A stretch of DNA of 51,610 bases from Candidatus Saccharimonadota bacterium (GTDB lineage: Bacteria; Patescibacteriota; Saccharimonadia; Saccharimonadales; UBA10212). Shown piece after piece: positions 16,025 through 25,429 of the stretch. The stretch is from the NCBI GenBank assembly GCA_013815775.1, contig JACDFN010000004.1, positions 1 to 51,610 on the forward strand. The letters run 5' to 3'. A program made the translations under genes and the position numbers. Below the pieces are notes generated by a model, which worked only from the letters and a program-made list of their open reading frames with translations, made no database searches and was not told the origin of the DNA. How positions within the stretch are numbered: the first letter of the stretch is position 1; the number at the start of each line of letters is the position of its first letter.

Positions 16025-17779
16025 TTACCGCTTAATAAGTAAATTTAATTTGTCAGCTTTTACCATAAGACTCTTTAGCTGCTTATCGTCACCTTTTGCA
16101 GCTTGCATAGCCTTTGCCAGTTCGTGTTTTTGTAGTTTTACGTAACGGTCAATCAGCCGATGTTTAAGGTTTTGGGCCTGCTCCGACAAATCCGGTTCTG
16201 GCAGATCCTGATATAATTCCTCAAACTGTAATACCACTATTTTAGTGTAATCGCTAACTTCTTGCAACTCCTCTGCAATTTTAGGATCGCCTTTAAACTT
16301 CGGGTTTTTAACGAGAAAATCAAACAGCGTGCGTTGCGGTCCGCTTGAAAAATAAAACCTATGGCAATCATCCAGTAGTTTCCTAAGCTTGGGCTGCATT
16401 AGAACCATAGCCAGTAAGTGGTCTTGCAGTCTCTGGTATTCAAGCAGCGCCCTATTAATTTGGACTGGCTGGTTCTTTAATTTTTTAATCCTAACAGCTT
16501 GATCTTCGGAAGGTTTTGAGATAAGCTTCACTGCCACTGCCTCTGCGCTTGAATCAGTTAGCTTAGCTATCAACTTTAAGTAGTGCTCCTGCTCTACCGG
16601 ATCCCGCAATCGGCGAATCGTGGTCAACAAGGTATCGGTAAATATAAGTTTCCCTTGTGCAGATTTTAAATCTAGCTGTTGTTTATAGCGGTCAATTAGC
16701 CAATCAGTAGCATAGACCGCATTTTCGATAGCACTCACCCAAGAGGTAGTGTCTTTTTGAATTAACTCGTCGGGGTCTTTAGCGCCAGGGATGTTAATGA
16801 TTTTTAAACTAACTTCTGTTTTTTGGGCCAGCGGTATGGCTCGTTCGGTTGCCGCTATACCCGCTTGGTCGCTATCGAAGCATAACCGGATATCACCAGT
16901 AAATCTCTTTATTTGTTTGAGATGCATTTCTGTCATGGCTGTACCGGCGCTAGCCACTACATTAGTGACCTCGGCTTGATGACTACTAATCACATCCATG
17001 TTGCCCTCTACGACAACAGCATAACCCTCCCTACGGATAGCTTCTTTTGCTAAATGAAGGCCAAATACCTGCCGGCTTTTGTCGTACACGGGAGTTTGCG
17101 GAGTATTAATATATTTAGGCGCGTCAGGCTCATCGTGAAGAAGTCTTGCAGTAAAGCCGATTACTGCTCCTCGGCTGTCACTCAAGGGAATCATAATCCG
17201 TCCTCTAAACATATCTACTGGTCGTCGTTGGCGTTCTATACTCAGGCCCGCCCGCCGTAACTCATCGGTGGTAAAACCCTTTTTGGTCATATAGTCTGTT
17301 AAGCCTCGACCAGTATTTGGAGAATATCCAATCCGCCAAGTAAGTACCGTTTGCTTGCTAAACTTGCGTTCGCCAAGTAAGTATTGAAGAGCCACTCTAT
17401 TACCTACCAACTGTCTTTGATAAAATTTAGTCGCTATTTCTAGCGCCTCAAGTGTTCGAGTTTTTAATTCCCCGCCACCAGAGTTTCGTGAGCTGCCAAA
17501 TTGTTCTAAATCTATCCCCGCTTGGCGAGCTAAAAGCTCTAAAGTGGCTTTAAAGTCCAAGCCCTCCATTTCCATTACAAAACTAAAGACATCTCCGCCT
17601 TTGCCGCTACTAAAGTCGTGCCATATCTGCTTTTCCGGGCTAACTACGAAACTGGCAGTTTTTTCATTCGTCCAGGGACTAATGCCTTTAAAATTACGTC
17701 CGGTACGTTTTAATTGGACGTACTGGGCAATTACGTCCTCAATATTTAGCCGAGCCTTTACCTCTGCAACCGCATCCAT
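16025..17779 (-). CDS. dnaG: DNA primase
   Basis: TOPRIM block YAVVVEGNMDVIS and the N-terminal DnaG layout. The start is set at ATG 17779 (MDAVAEVKARLNIEDVIAQYVQL), the canonical N-terminus. The ORF track adds 20 residues (start 17839). Confidence 0.92.
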   Translation of the reverse strand: MDAVAEVKARLNIEDVIAQYVQLKRTGRNFKGISPWTNEKTASFVVSPEKQIWHDFSSGKGGDVFSFVMEMEGLDFKATLELLARQAGIDLEQFGSSRNSGGGELKTRTLEALEIATKFYQRQLVGNRVALQYLLGERKFSKQTVLTWRIGYSPNTGRGLTDYMTKKGFTTDELRRAGLSIERQRRPVDMFRGRIMIPLSDSRGAVIGFTARLLHDEPDAPKYINTPQTPVYDKSRQVFGLHLAKEAIRREGYAVVVEGNMDVISSHQAEVTNVVASAGTAMTEMHLKQIKRFTGDIRLCFDSDQAGIAATERAIPLAQKTEVSLKIINIPGAKDPDELIQKDTTSWVSAIENAVYATDWLIDRYKQQLDLKSAQGKLIFTDTLLTTIRRLRDPVEQEHYLKLIAKLTDSSAEAVAVKLISKPSEDQAVRIKKLKNQPVQINRALLEYQRLQDHLLAMVLMQPKLRKLLDDCHRFYFSSGPQRTLFDFLVKNPKFKGDPKIAEELQEVSDYTKIVVLQFEELYQDLPEPDLSEQAQNLKHRLIDRYVKLQKHELAKAMQAAKGDDKQLKSLMVKADKLNLLIKR

Positions 17780-17845
17780 AAGTAATAGGGTACCTCTTTT
17801 AAGGGCTGGGGTACAAGATGTACTTCGGTTTGCTATCATTAGGCC

Positions 17846-18262
17846 ATGCAGACCGTCCGCGTCGGAGTTGGAGTGTTTATTTTCAAAGAGGGAAAATTTT
17901 TAATGATTCTCAGGAAAGGCACTCACGGAGGCGGTAGTTGGAGCGTACCAGGTGGTCACCTGGAGTACGGTGAGGATTTTGTTGATACAGCAAAGCGCGA
18001 GGTCGAGGAAGAAACTGGCTTAAAGATTAAAAATCTTCGTTTTGGCGCCGTTACCACCACAATGTTCCCCGAGGAAAGCCGACAATCAATAACTATATGG
18101 ATACTCAGCGATTATCAAAATGGCCAACCCTTCATTGTCGAACCTGATAAGTGCGAAAAATTAGAATGGTATGACTTCAACAGTCTCCCCCAGCCCTTAT
18201 TCTCACCGTGGACACAACTGCTTGAATCGAAGTTTATTAAAAATATTAAGAATCAAATATAA
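17846..18262 (+). CDS. NUDIX hydrolase (MutT-like)
   Basis: Nudix box GGHLEYGEDFVDTAKREVEEETGL. Confidence 0.85.
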   Translation: MQTVRVGVGVFIFKEGKFLMILRKGTHGGGSWSVPGGHLEYGEDFVDTAKREVEEETGLKIKNLRFGAVTTTMFPEESRQSITIWILSDYQNGQPFIVEPDKCEKLEWYDFNSLPQPLFSPWTQLLESKFIKNIKNQI

Positions 18263-18284
18263 CTTCCCTGTTAGAATAGTGCTT

Positions 18285-18893
18285 ATGCAACCTCAGAATT
18301 CGAGTCCTTCTCCTAATCCTCAATATGACTTTATTTTGAGTGAAAAGCAGCAGCAGGAGCAAAGTCAGTTAAGCCGACTGAAAAGCTTACCAAAGCTCTT
18401 TTTAATATTAATTACTCTTGGACTGGCATTGCTGCTAGTGCTAATTTTTGCGACTATAAAAAATAGCTCCAGCCAACCACAGCCCTTAATAAATGCTTTG
18501 GGGTATGGCCAAGAAATTGGCCGGGTTAGCGGCCTGATTCAGATACAGAGCAAAGACCCTGAAGCCCAGGCATTAGCAGCCACAACCCAAGCTACACTGG
18601 CGAGTAGCCAAAATCAAATGATAAGCTATCTAGCCAAAACGGGAGCTGAAATAGATCCCAAATCTTTTCTTTCATATCAGAATAAAAAAACCGACACAGA
18701 GCTTACAGAAGCCGCATCTGAAAATAAACTTGAGCAAACATACTATTCGTATCTTAAAGATGAACTTGGTAAATATAAGTTTGAGCTCCAAAATGCTAAA
18801 GAAGCAGTTGGTAAGACTGGGAAATCCATAATTGATAGTTCTTTATCGTCACTACAGATTATTTTATCCGCTCCCCAGCTAAAAAATCTCTAG
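18285..18893 (+). CDS. Membrane-anchored hypothetical protein
   Basis: I start at ATG 18285 (MQPQNSSPSPNPQYDF...), which avoids the overlap with the upstream Nudix gene. One TM helix (LFLILITLGLALLLVLIFATI). Confidence 0.55.
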   Translation: MQPQNSSPSPNPQYDFILSEKQQQEQSQLSRLKSLPKLFLILITLGLALLLVLIFATIKNSSSQPQPLINALGYGQEIGRVSGLIQIQSKDPEAQALAATTQATLASSQNQMISYLAKTGAEIDPKSFLSYQNKKTDTELTEAASENKLEQTYYSYLKDELGKYKFELQNAKEAVGKTGKSIIDSSLSSLQIILSAPQLKNL

Positions 18894-19207
18894 ACAACCA
18901 GCTCATAGCTATGCCTAATAAGCCCTTGTACTTCTTCCCAGCTCAGTTGGCCCGTCAGTAGCACGGTGTTCCAGTGCTTTTTATTTAAATGATAGCCGGG
19001 CATTACAGTTTCGTACTTTTCACGTAGAGTTTCCGCTAACTTCGGGTCGCATTTTAAGCTAAGCCGTACTGGATTACTTTTCTCGGCTACTAAAGCAAAC
19101 ATCCTATCCCTAGTTTTATATACCGCTACTTCTTCACCGAATGGATACTCCAGGGTAGCTCCGGGCATACTAAGTAAATGTTTCTCAACTTCTTTATGAG
19201 TAATCAT
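18890..19207 (-). CDS. MmcQ/YjbR-family protein
   Basis: LLSMPGATLEYPFGEEVAVYKTRDRMFALV...LSLKCDP...PGYHLNKKHWNTV matches the YjbR family pattern. Confidence 0.7.
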   Translation of the reverse strand: MITHKEVEKHLLSMPGATLEYPFGEEVAVYKTRDRMFALVAEKSNPVRLSLKCDPKLAETLREKYETVMPGYHLNKKHWNTVLLTGQLSWEEVQGLIRHSYELVV

Positions 19208-19308
19208 TACGATTTCGCCTTATGAAACACCCATTCTGGGTTGGCGCGTCGTGCCAGGCACGAAATAAATTCGATGCTCGGGCTACTCTTTTTCATAAAT
19301 AAGTTCAA

Positions 19309-20043
19309 TCACTTTAGATATTCTATCAATTTAGGCTTCCATTCTTCCAAAAAATGAACTCCCGGACAGATGGTTCCAGGACTTGATTCACAGTGGCCCA
19401 TAATATTTTCTGATTTAACTTCGGGATACTTTTTCCTGATATGAGTGGCCAGAGCTTCCAGTGTTTGCTCCGATGGGCACATTTTTTCGTAATTATTATC
19501 CAAACAAATAGCAACGCTTCTTTTATTAACGCTCCAATTACCCGCATGCCAGCCAATCTGATTATCGTCTAATAAGTGTTCGAGTGAACCATCCATACGC
19601 ATCAGCCAGTGATAACCAATAAAGTTTTGTTTGCCGTTTTTGAAGTGTCCCGACCATATCGGTTTACCCCTCAGCTCCATTTCTTCCGGAACTGTAGGTT
19701 GAAAGTAATATGGAGCATAGATGTTCAGGAGATGGACAGCATTCATATAGTCTATCGAGTAGCCGGGGGCACTACTTGTATGGTGTATGACAACAGAACT
19801 AACTGGCTCACGCTGGGCGTCAAGATCTGGGCCCTCAGAAGCTAGGGCCAGCTTTTCTTCTGCTAAGAGTTTTTGAAAAAAATGGCCGATAGTTTTGCGA
19901 AAATTGGCCAGTTCGTCAACATTACTTATTGATTCCTGTGTCTTCTTCACGTAAGGCACAAGCTGCATATACCAGTCGGGTTGCTGGGCTACCCGCTCCC
20001 AGTATTGCTCGTCAAACTTCCACTTATACCTGTTCTTTGGCAT
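19309..20043 (-). CDS. N-acetylmuramoyl-L-alanine amidase domain protein (Amidase_2/PGRP-like)
   Basis: VVIHHTSS...GYHWLMRMDGSLEHLLDDNQIGWHAGNWSVNKRSVAICLDN...IMGHCE. The start is uncertain (ATG 20043 or 20064), and either overlaps the msrB 3' end. Confidence 0.7.
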   Translation of the reverse strand: MPKNRYKWKFDEQYWERVAQQPDWYMQLVPYVKKTQESISNVDELANFRKTIGHFFQKLLAEEKLALASEGPDLDAQREPVSSVVIHHTSSAPGYSIDYMNAVHLLNIYAPYYFQPTVPEEMELRGKPIWSGHFKNGKQNFIGYHWLMRMDGSLEHLLDDNQIGWHAGNWSVNKRSVAICLDNNYEKMCPSEQTLEALATHIRKKYPEVKSENIMGHCESSPGTICPGVHFLEEWKPKLIEYLK

Positions 20044-20452
20044 CGGGGGTGTTTTTATTTTCATTAGATGGCACGAACCCCAGGCAAGCGGAATTGATGC
20101 AATAACGCGTACCGGTAGGCTGGTCATGAGCGTCTTTGAATACGTGCCCCAGGTGACTGCCGCAGTTGGCGCAAGTCGCCTCCAACCTACTCATGCCGTG
20201 GCTGGTGTCTTCGCGTAGATCTATGGCGTCCGATTTTGCAGCATCGTAAAAGCTGGGCCAGCCGGTCCCTGAATCAAATTTAGTTTTAGAGTCAAAAAGC
20301 CCGGCGCCACAAACTGCGCAGTTATACATTCCGTCTTCCTTATGATTAAGGAATTTACCTGAAAAGGGGGCCTCTGTTCCTTTTTCTCTTAAAATTCTAT
20401 ATTGGTCCGGCGTTAATTTCTTTTTTAACTCCTCGTCATTGAACTGCTTCAT
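20024..20452 (-). CDS. msrB: Peptide-methionine (R)-S-oxide reductase
   Basis: CAVCGAGLF...GWPSF...CANCGSHLGHVF signature. ATG 20452 is preceded by GAGGGG with a 5 nt spacer. Confidence 0.93.
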   Translation of the reverse strand: MKQFNDEELKKKLTPDQYRILREKGTEAPFSGKFLNHKEDGMYNCAVCGAGLFDSKTKFDSGTGWPSFYDAAKSDAIDLREDTSHGMSRLEATCANCGSHLGHVFKDAHDQPTGTRYCINSACLGFVPSNENKNTPDAKEQV

Positions 20453-20462
20453 TTTAACCCCT

Positions 20463-22088
20463 CTATAAATGTTCTGGAGCTTCGATACCAAGAAGATCCA
20501 GACCGCTTTTTAATACCTTTACGTAGTAGTCCACCAGAGTTAGTCTAACAGCCTCCCTTGGGTCGCCCACTACCCTGCTCTTCTCGTAAAATTTGTTAAA
20601 AGTCTGAGCCAACTCGTATAAGTAAGTGGTAATGTGACTGGGCAATAACTCGTCACAAGCACGCTCTACAGTTTCTGGATATTGAATAATTTTGCGGGCT
20701 AGGCTCCGGTCAGCCGAGTTAAAATCATTATCCTCAGTAATCGCCTTATCTTTTCCTTTTTTGCTAAGGATGCTCATGGCCCTAGCGTGAGCGTACTGTA
20801 TGTATGGCCCGCTATTGCCTTCTAAGCTTACTGATTCTACTGCGTCGTACACGATATCCGAACCCAAGCGGTGTTTTAAAAATCCATACTTAATTGCGGC
20901 CAGATGAGTAGCGGAAGGCGATTTCGGATATAGTTTTTTAGCCTCCCTCTCAACATCAGCTAAAAGGTCTACTGCACTATAGACATCACCACTTCTACTA
21001 CTCATTTTACCGCTGGAAAGAGTTATAAAACCGTGCGATAAATGTCTAGTTTTAGCTGCTAGCTCATCATCAAATTCAGAAAGTGCCGCGAGCATTACCT
21101 TAAAGTATTCACTCTGCTCATTGGCCGTAATTATTATTGACTGTGCAGCGTTAGGATAGTGTCGGTTTTTTAACTCAGCAAGCCCCAGGTCCTTGGCCTC
21201 ATAAGTAGGGAGGCCTTTTGAAGTTATGAAAACTCTTGTATGCAGTCCTACCCTTTCTCCTTTGTAGATTACGGCACCCTCGGATTCTTTGAATACTTTC
21301 CCTATATGCGCCCGGACAAACTGAGAACCGGTTTCAGCGGATTCGCTTTCAAAATAGCGCTTATTCGTCTTTATCCCCATGTTATTTAGTACCACATCAA
21401 AGTATTCAAAGCTTTTTTCTCTACCGCTCCTATACAATTCGTTTATCCGCTGATCATCCTGATTATAAATGTGCTCATTTATAGTTTTTATTTGCTCAGA
21501 AGCTTTTTCGTCATTCCTATATGCTTCATCACCTCGTCGGTAGAACATGCCAATATCCTGTTGTGTGTCGAGATCTTCACCGGCTTCAGTTTGTAACATA
21601 GCCCATATCGCTTTGGCTACGTGAAGACCAACATCGCCGTGATAACTAAGTCTTTTAATATTGGCGCCGCTGGCTTCTAGTAATCTAGAAATACAGTCAC
21701 CAACTATATAGCTATACAGATGTCCAATATGCATTTCCTTGAAAGGGTTAGGGTCGCCGAACTCTACTAGGATCTCCTTGCCGGTAAGCGGTTTAGCCAG
21801 TGTATTGGACACATTCAGTGCGTTCCACATGGCCCGATCAGAAAGCCTGAAATTTATAAAACCTGGGCCGGCTATATTAACTTCCTGCAGCTTGGGTTGA
21901 GCGTGCATTTTAGCAGCAACCGCAATGGCAACCTCGCGGGGATTTTTATTCAGCTGTTTTCCTAACTGCAGGGCAACATTGGTGCTGTAATCACCAAACT
22001 TCTCATCCGGCCATGTTAGCTCGGGTTCAATGTCTACATTGAATACATTTTTGACTGCAACTGCTATGGATTTTTTTAATTCGTGCAT
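20463..22088 (-). CDS. argS: Arginine--tRNA ligase
   Basis: 541 aa with an HIGH-type motif (PNPFKEMHIGHL) and MSSRSG (KMSKS equivalent). Confidence 0.96.
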   Translation of the reverse strand: MHELKKSIAVAVKNVFNVDIEPELTWPDEKFGDYSTNVALQLGKQLNKNPREVAIAVAAKMHAQPKLQEVNIAGPGFINFRLSDRAMWNALNVSNTLAKPLTGKEILVEFGDPNPFKEMHIGHLYSYIVGDCISRLLEASGANIKRLSYHGDVGLHVAKAIWAMLQTEAGEDLDTQQDIGMFYRRGDEAYRNDEKASEQIKTINEHIYNQDDQRINELYRSGREKSFEYFDVVLNNMGIKTNKRYFESESAETGSQFVRAHIGKVFKESEGAVIYKGERVGLHTRVFITSKGLPTYEAKDLGLAELKNRHYPNAAQSIIITANEQSEYFKVMLAALSEFDDELAAKTRHLSHGFITLSSGKMSSRSGDVYSAVDLLADVEREAKKLYPKSPSATHLAAIKYGFLKHRLGSDIVYDAVESVSLEGNSGPYIQYAHARAMSILSKKGKDKAITEDNDFNSADRSLARKIIQYPETVERACDELLPSHITTYLYELAQTFNKFYEKSRVVGDPREAVRLTLVDYYVKVLKSGLDLLGIEAPEHL

Positions 22089-22112
22089 CTTAATGCTAGC
22101 AGAGTGCCCCTT

Positions 22113-22796
22113 TTAGCGTTTTTTAGAATGGGTTGGTCGAACAAAAATCCAAAACGCAAAATACGTAGTACTAAGCGTTAGGAAGAAGAGTATTGTCACA
22201 TTAATCGCTCTAGGATGACCAAAAGGGTCTAGAGCCCTGTCCGACACGTTTAATATTAGCCCCCCTGGATTAGCTACAACATCCCACGTACTCCAGCGAA
22301 GATCACGACCTAGGTAAATAGCAAAGCTAGACATGAGGATAATTAGGGCTACAAACAAATTACTAACTAGTTCCCCTACTCTAGACAATACTTCTTTATG
22401 TACTAAATATAGACTGGTAAAACCCAGGATAAAACCAGTAGTAACTAAGCTGTAGATTAAGACAATGTCAAATAGTTGACTGACCTCACCGGTTGGATTT
22501 AAGTGTATAAAGTCCGTCAGTACGTACCAAGTATTAGGTAAAAAAGCTAGCCAAATAATCCAAAGTCCTATATTTTGCCAGCTTGACCAAGGCTGTACTT
22601 TTAGGTGTCTAACTAACAGCCATCCAAAAAATAAAGCCGTCCATGCCAGCAGAAGGTTACCGGGGATAAATAAGAAGAAAAAATGACCTGTCAGCAAACT
22701 TCTAAGTAAAAAAAGGACAGTGCAAAGTAAGCTAAGTAAGCCTACTGCTTGCAAATAGCGTCTTTCCGCCTTATTGAGCGTCCACATCCTGAACAT
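22113..22796 (-). CDS. Polytopic membrane protein, DUF1361-like (tentative)
   Basis: About 6 TM helices. NLLLAWTALFFGW and PNTWYVLTDFIHL resemble DUF1361 motifs as I remember them. Confidence 0.5.
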   Translation of the reverse strand: MFRMWTLNKAERRYLQAVGLLSLLCTVLFLLRSLLTGHFFFLFIPGNLLLAWTALFFGWLLVRHLKVQPWSSWQNIGLWIIWLAFLPNTWYVLTDFIHLNPTGEVSQLFDIVLIYSLVTTGFILGFTSLYLVHKEVLSRVGELVSNLFVALIILMSSFAIYLGRDLRWSTWDVVANPGGLILNVSDRALDPFGHPRAINVTILFFLTLSTTYFAFWIFVRPTHSKKR

Positions 22797-22825
22797 AATT
22801 ATAGCCTAGACCAAAGGTGATGGCA

Positions 22826-23497
22826 CTAGTTGTAATAGTTTAACCACTGGGGGCTATCCATTAAGTGCTCTAATCTAAACTGTAGTTCTTTTAAGATTTG
22901 TTCGCGCCCCGCCTGGTCAAGACCTAAGACTCCCAGGGCTACAAAAGGCTCGTGCACATTAAGTCCACAAAACGCTAATGTTCCGTGATTTATGGGGTGT
23001 AGTATTTGTTGTGGCGATGCTAGGTGGCGACCCTTCTCATGGTAATACCGTGACGGACCTCCCGCAGTAGCTACCAACATTGCTTGTTTACCTCTAAGTA
23101 GTCCGTTCTCGTATATTTTTCCGCTATCCCATGTAACCCCCATGGCCAGCACTCTATCAAACCAGCCTTTCAAAATTGCCGGGACACTAAACCACCAAAT
23201 AGGAGTAACAATTATTATGACCTCCGCAGCCCTAACTTTTTCTATTTCTCCCAGTATGTCAGGAGAAAACGCCAAATCTAAATTAGCAGCGTGTTTTTGT
23301 TCCAACATATAGTTAAAGTGCTCCGCGCGTGTGGTGACAAAGTCCCATTTCTGGGCCACTGCACTGAAGCCTTGGCCGTATAGATCGCTCATCACAACAG
23401 TATGTCCTTGTGAGGACAAAACCTGGATAGCCAAATTCTTCATAGCCGACGTAAAAGACGACGGCTCATGGTGCGCATAAACAATCAAGATGTTCAA
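22826..23497 (-). CDS. Flavodoxin-like-fold NAD(P)H:quinone oxidoreductase family protein
   Basis: MNILIVYAHHEPSSFTSAMKN...IIIVTPIWWFSVPAILKGWFDRV is typical of the Flavodoxin_2/NQO1 family. Confidence 0.8.
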   Translation of the reverse strand: MNILIVYAHHEPSSFTSAMKNLAIQVLSSQGHTVVMSDLYGQGFSAVAQKWDFVTTRAEHFNYMLEQKHAANLDLAFSPDILGEIEKVRAAEVIIIVTPIWWFSVPAILKGWFDRVLAMGVTWDSGKIYENGLLRGKQAMLVATAGGPSRYYHEKGRHLASPQQILHPINHGTLAFCGLNVHEPFVALGVLGLDQAGREQILKELQFRLEHLMDSPQWLNYYN

Positions 23498-23562
23498 TTA
23501 ATCCACTCCTTCGCTTAGGTCTATCTTAACCTAAGAGCTTGCGATTAGAGAACTTACTGGCG

Positions 23563-24003
23563 CTATGCTGCAGCGCCAAGGGGGCGAACAACTTGGTCTT
23601 GTAGCTTAAAAACCATTTGGCTAATTTTCCAGCTACCGCTTGAAGTCTTAACCAGCATGTAGTCTATGGTTCCGCGGACTGTCCAAACATACCTATCCCC
23701 CCTGTCAGCGACATAATGAACGTGTTTTACTGCAGTAGTTACCTTTGCCCTGCGCGAATTAAGCATCCTGACCGCCAAACGGGTAATGAAGTGACGGGTT
23801 GAATAAAAATATGAACCTATTTCCCTTCGCCAACCATCAATAAGTCGTTTCTTGGGTATAATAGCCGGCATTTCACCACTTAAAGCCTTGTTGTCTACAT
23901 AAGGTTTTTGAACGAAATAGTCCTCCAATTGTTCCCACTGTTTCATGTCCTGTAGTCGATTCACATTGGCAACTATGTCTTTTATCTGTTGCTTATCATT
24001 CAT
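23563..24003 (-). CDS. SnoaL-like / NTF2-fold protein
   Basis: 146 aa. The N-terminal IKDIVANVNRLQDMKQWEQLEDYF pattern and the size fit the NTF2-like family. Confidence 0.6.
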   Translation of the reverse strand: MNDKQQIKDIVANVNRLQDMKQWEQLEDYFVQKPYVDNKALSGEMPAIIPKKRLIDGWRREIGSYFYSTRHFITRLAVRMLNSRRAKVTTAVKHVHYVADRGDRYVWTVRGTIDYMLVKTSSGSWKISQMVFKLQDQVVRPLGAAA

Positions 24004-24168
24004 GGTGAGTATCCTTTCGTTTTTTTATTAAGTGTTTATATACTGGCAGAAATTACTGAGAATAAGCTAAGGTGCTTAACTATTTGATAGAGAGTTTTTT
24101 GTTCACTTCTCTACCTATATTTTACCACGCACGTCCACCCCAGTCTGATGGTAAGCTTGTTGAATCCT

Positions 24169-24258
24169 TGGCGGAAGGGGCGGGATTCGAACCCGCGGTA
24201 CGGTCGCCCGCACACACGCTTTCCAAGCGTGCTCCTTAAACCGCTCGGACACCCTTCC
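24169..24258 (-). tRNA. tRNA-Ser (anticodon GGA), CCA encoded
   Basis: The reverse complement reads GGAAGGGTGTCCGAGCGGTTTAAGGAGCACGCTTGGAAAGCGTGTGTGCGGGCGACCGTACCGCGGGTTCGAATCCCGCCCCTTCCGCCA. It has a 7 bp acceptor stem, anticodon loop TTGGAAA, a long variable arm and a GGTTCGAATCC T-loop. Confidence 0.92.
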
Positions 24259-24292
24259 TTGTGCAGCGCACAAATGCTCGCGGCTGAGAAAA

Positions 24293-24320
24293 ATTGTAGC
24301 CACTTCGCTATAAAGGTCAA
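24293..24320 (-). promoter_or_regulatory. Sigma-70-type promoter for tRNA-Ser(GGA): TTGACC-16 nt-TACAAT
   Basis: -35 at 24320-24315 and -10 at 24298-24293 on the minus strand, about 35 nt upstream of the mature tRNA 5' end. Confidence 0.55.
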
Positions 24321-24553
24321 GCCGCACGGGTTTGACGCTTATGCCCCAACTATGCGACCCTTCCGCGTTACTGTATTCTACCAAAAAAACATCTTAGACT
24401 TTTTTACAACTTAACTTTCTTGTCTGAGGTATTGAACAGAGCGTACACTAAGAAAAGAGATTTGAGGACAGCGTTAATCTTCCCGAGAGAAACATTGTGG
24501 GGATTGATTTGCAGGCCTCAAATTTTTAATAGAAAAGAGTAAGCATTAGTAAA

Positions 24554-25429
24554 ATGGCTCTAATAGAACTGCAAGAAGTATCAAAACTATATGGCTTCGG
24601 TGACGCGACAACTTTGGCGCTCGATGAAGTTACCTTATCTATAGAAAAAGGTCAATTCGTGGCTGTAATGGGTCCCAGTGGCAGCGGTAAAACAACTCTT
24701 ATGAATATTTTAGGCTTGCTTGATCGTCCTACCCACGGACCATATGTCCTAGACGGCCGGCACGTATCCAGACTACGATCTAACCAGCAGGCTAAAGTTC
24801 GTCGGGACCGCATAGGCTTCGTATTCCAATCTTATAATCTTCTAACTCGTCTTAATGTTCTGGAAAATGTTGCCCTTCCCCTAGCCTATAGGGGTATGAC
24901 GCCGGTTCGCCGACAAAAACAGGCCAGTGACATGTTAGAACGAGTCGGGTTGCGCGAGAGGGAGTATTTTTTTCCTCGGCACTTATCGGGAGGTCAGGCC
25001 CAAAGAGCGGCAATTGCCCGGGCGCTCATCAACAAGCCGAGTATTATTATTGCCGACGAGCCGACCGGTAATTTAGATAGTACTGACAGTAAGGTCGTCA
25101 TGGAACTTTTTGCTGATATTCACAGGCAAGGCAATACTATATTACTAGTTACTCACAACCCCGAGCTTACCCGATACGCCGAGCGCGTTCTTTATATGCA
25201 CGATGGCATGATTGTAGGTGATGAAACTACCGCAATAGGCAATATGGCCCGGGGAGCTCGTAAGACCTACTTCGAGCGACGCAAGGTTAGTGATGACGAC
25301 ATTGTAGCCGGAGTTTCGGCATTGATGCGCGACGTGCCAGGAAAAGAATTGGCCGCCAAGAGTGATTCTGAAAAGGGCCGTAGCAAAAAAAGCACTTCCA
25401 AGCGACGAACACGAAAGGTTAAAAGGTAA
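24554..25429 (+). CDS. ABC transporter ATP-binding protein (MacB/LolD type) with a basic C-terminal tail
   Basis: Walker A GPSGSGKTT, signature LSGGQAQR and Walker B IIIADEPT. The tail is SKKSTSKRRTRKVKR. Confidence 0.93.
   Translation: MALIELQEVSKLYGFGDATTLALDEVTLSIEKGQFVAVMGPSGSGKTTLMNILGLLDRPTHGPYVLDGRHVSRLRSNQQAKVRRDRIGFVFQSYNLLTRLNVLENVALPLAYRGMTPVRRQKQASDMLERVGLREREYFFPRHLSGGQAQRAAIARALINKPSIIIADEPTGNLDSTDSKVVMELFADIHRQGNTILLVTHNPELTRYAERVLYMHDGMIVGDETTAIGNMARGARKTYFERRKVSDDDIVAGVSALMRDVPGKELAAKSDSEKGRSKKSTSKRRTRKVKR

Noticed and set aside
24111-24414. Three overlapping ORFs (24111..24320 -, 24115..24384 -, 24148..24414 +)
   Set aside because: They cover tRNA-Ser(GGA) and its promoter, so they are artefacts of the G+C-rich tRNA sequence.
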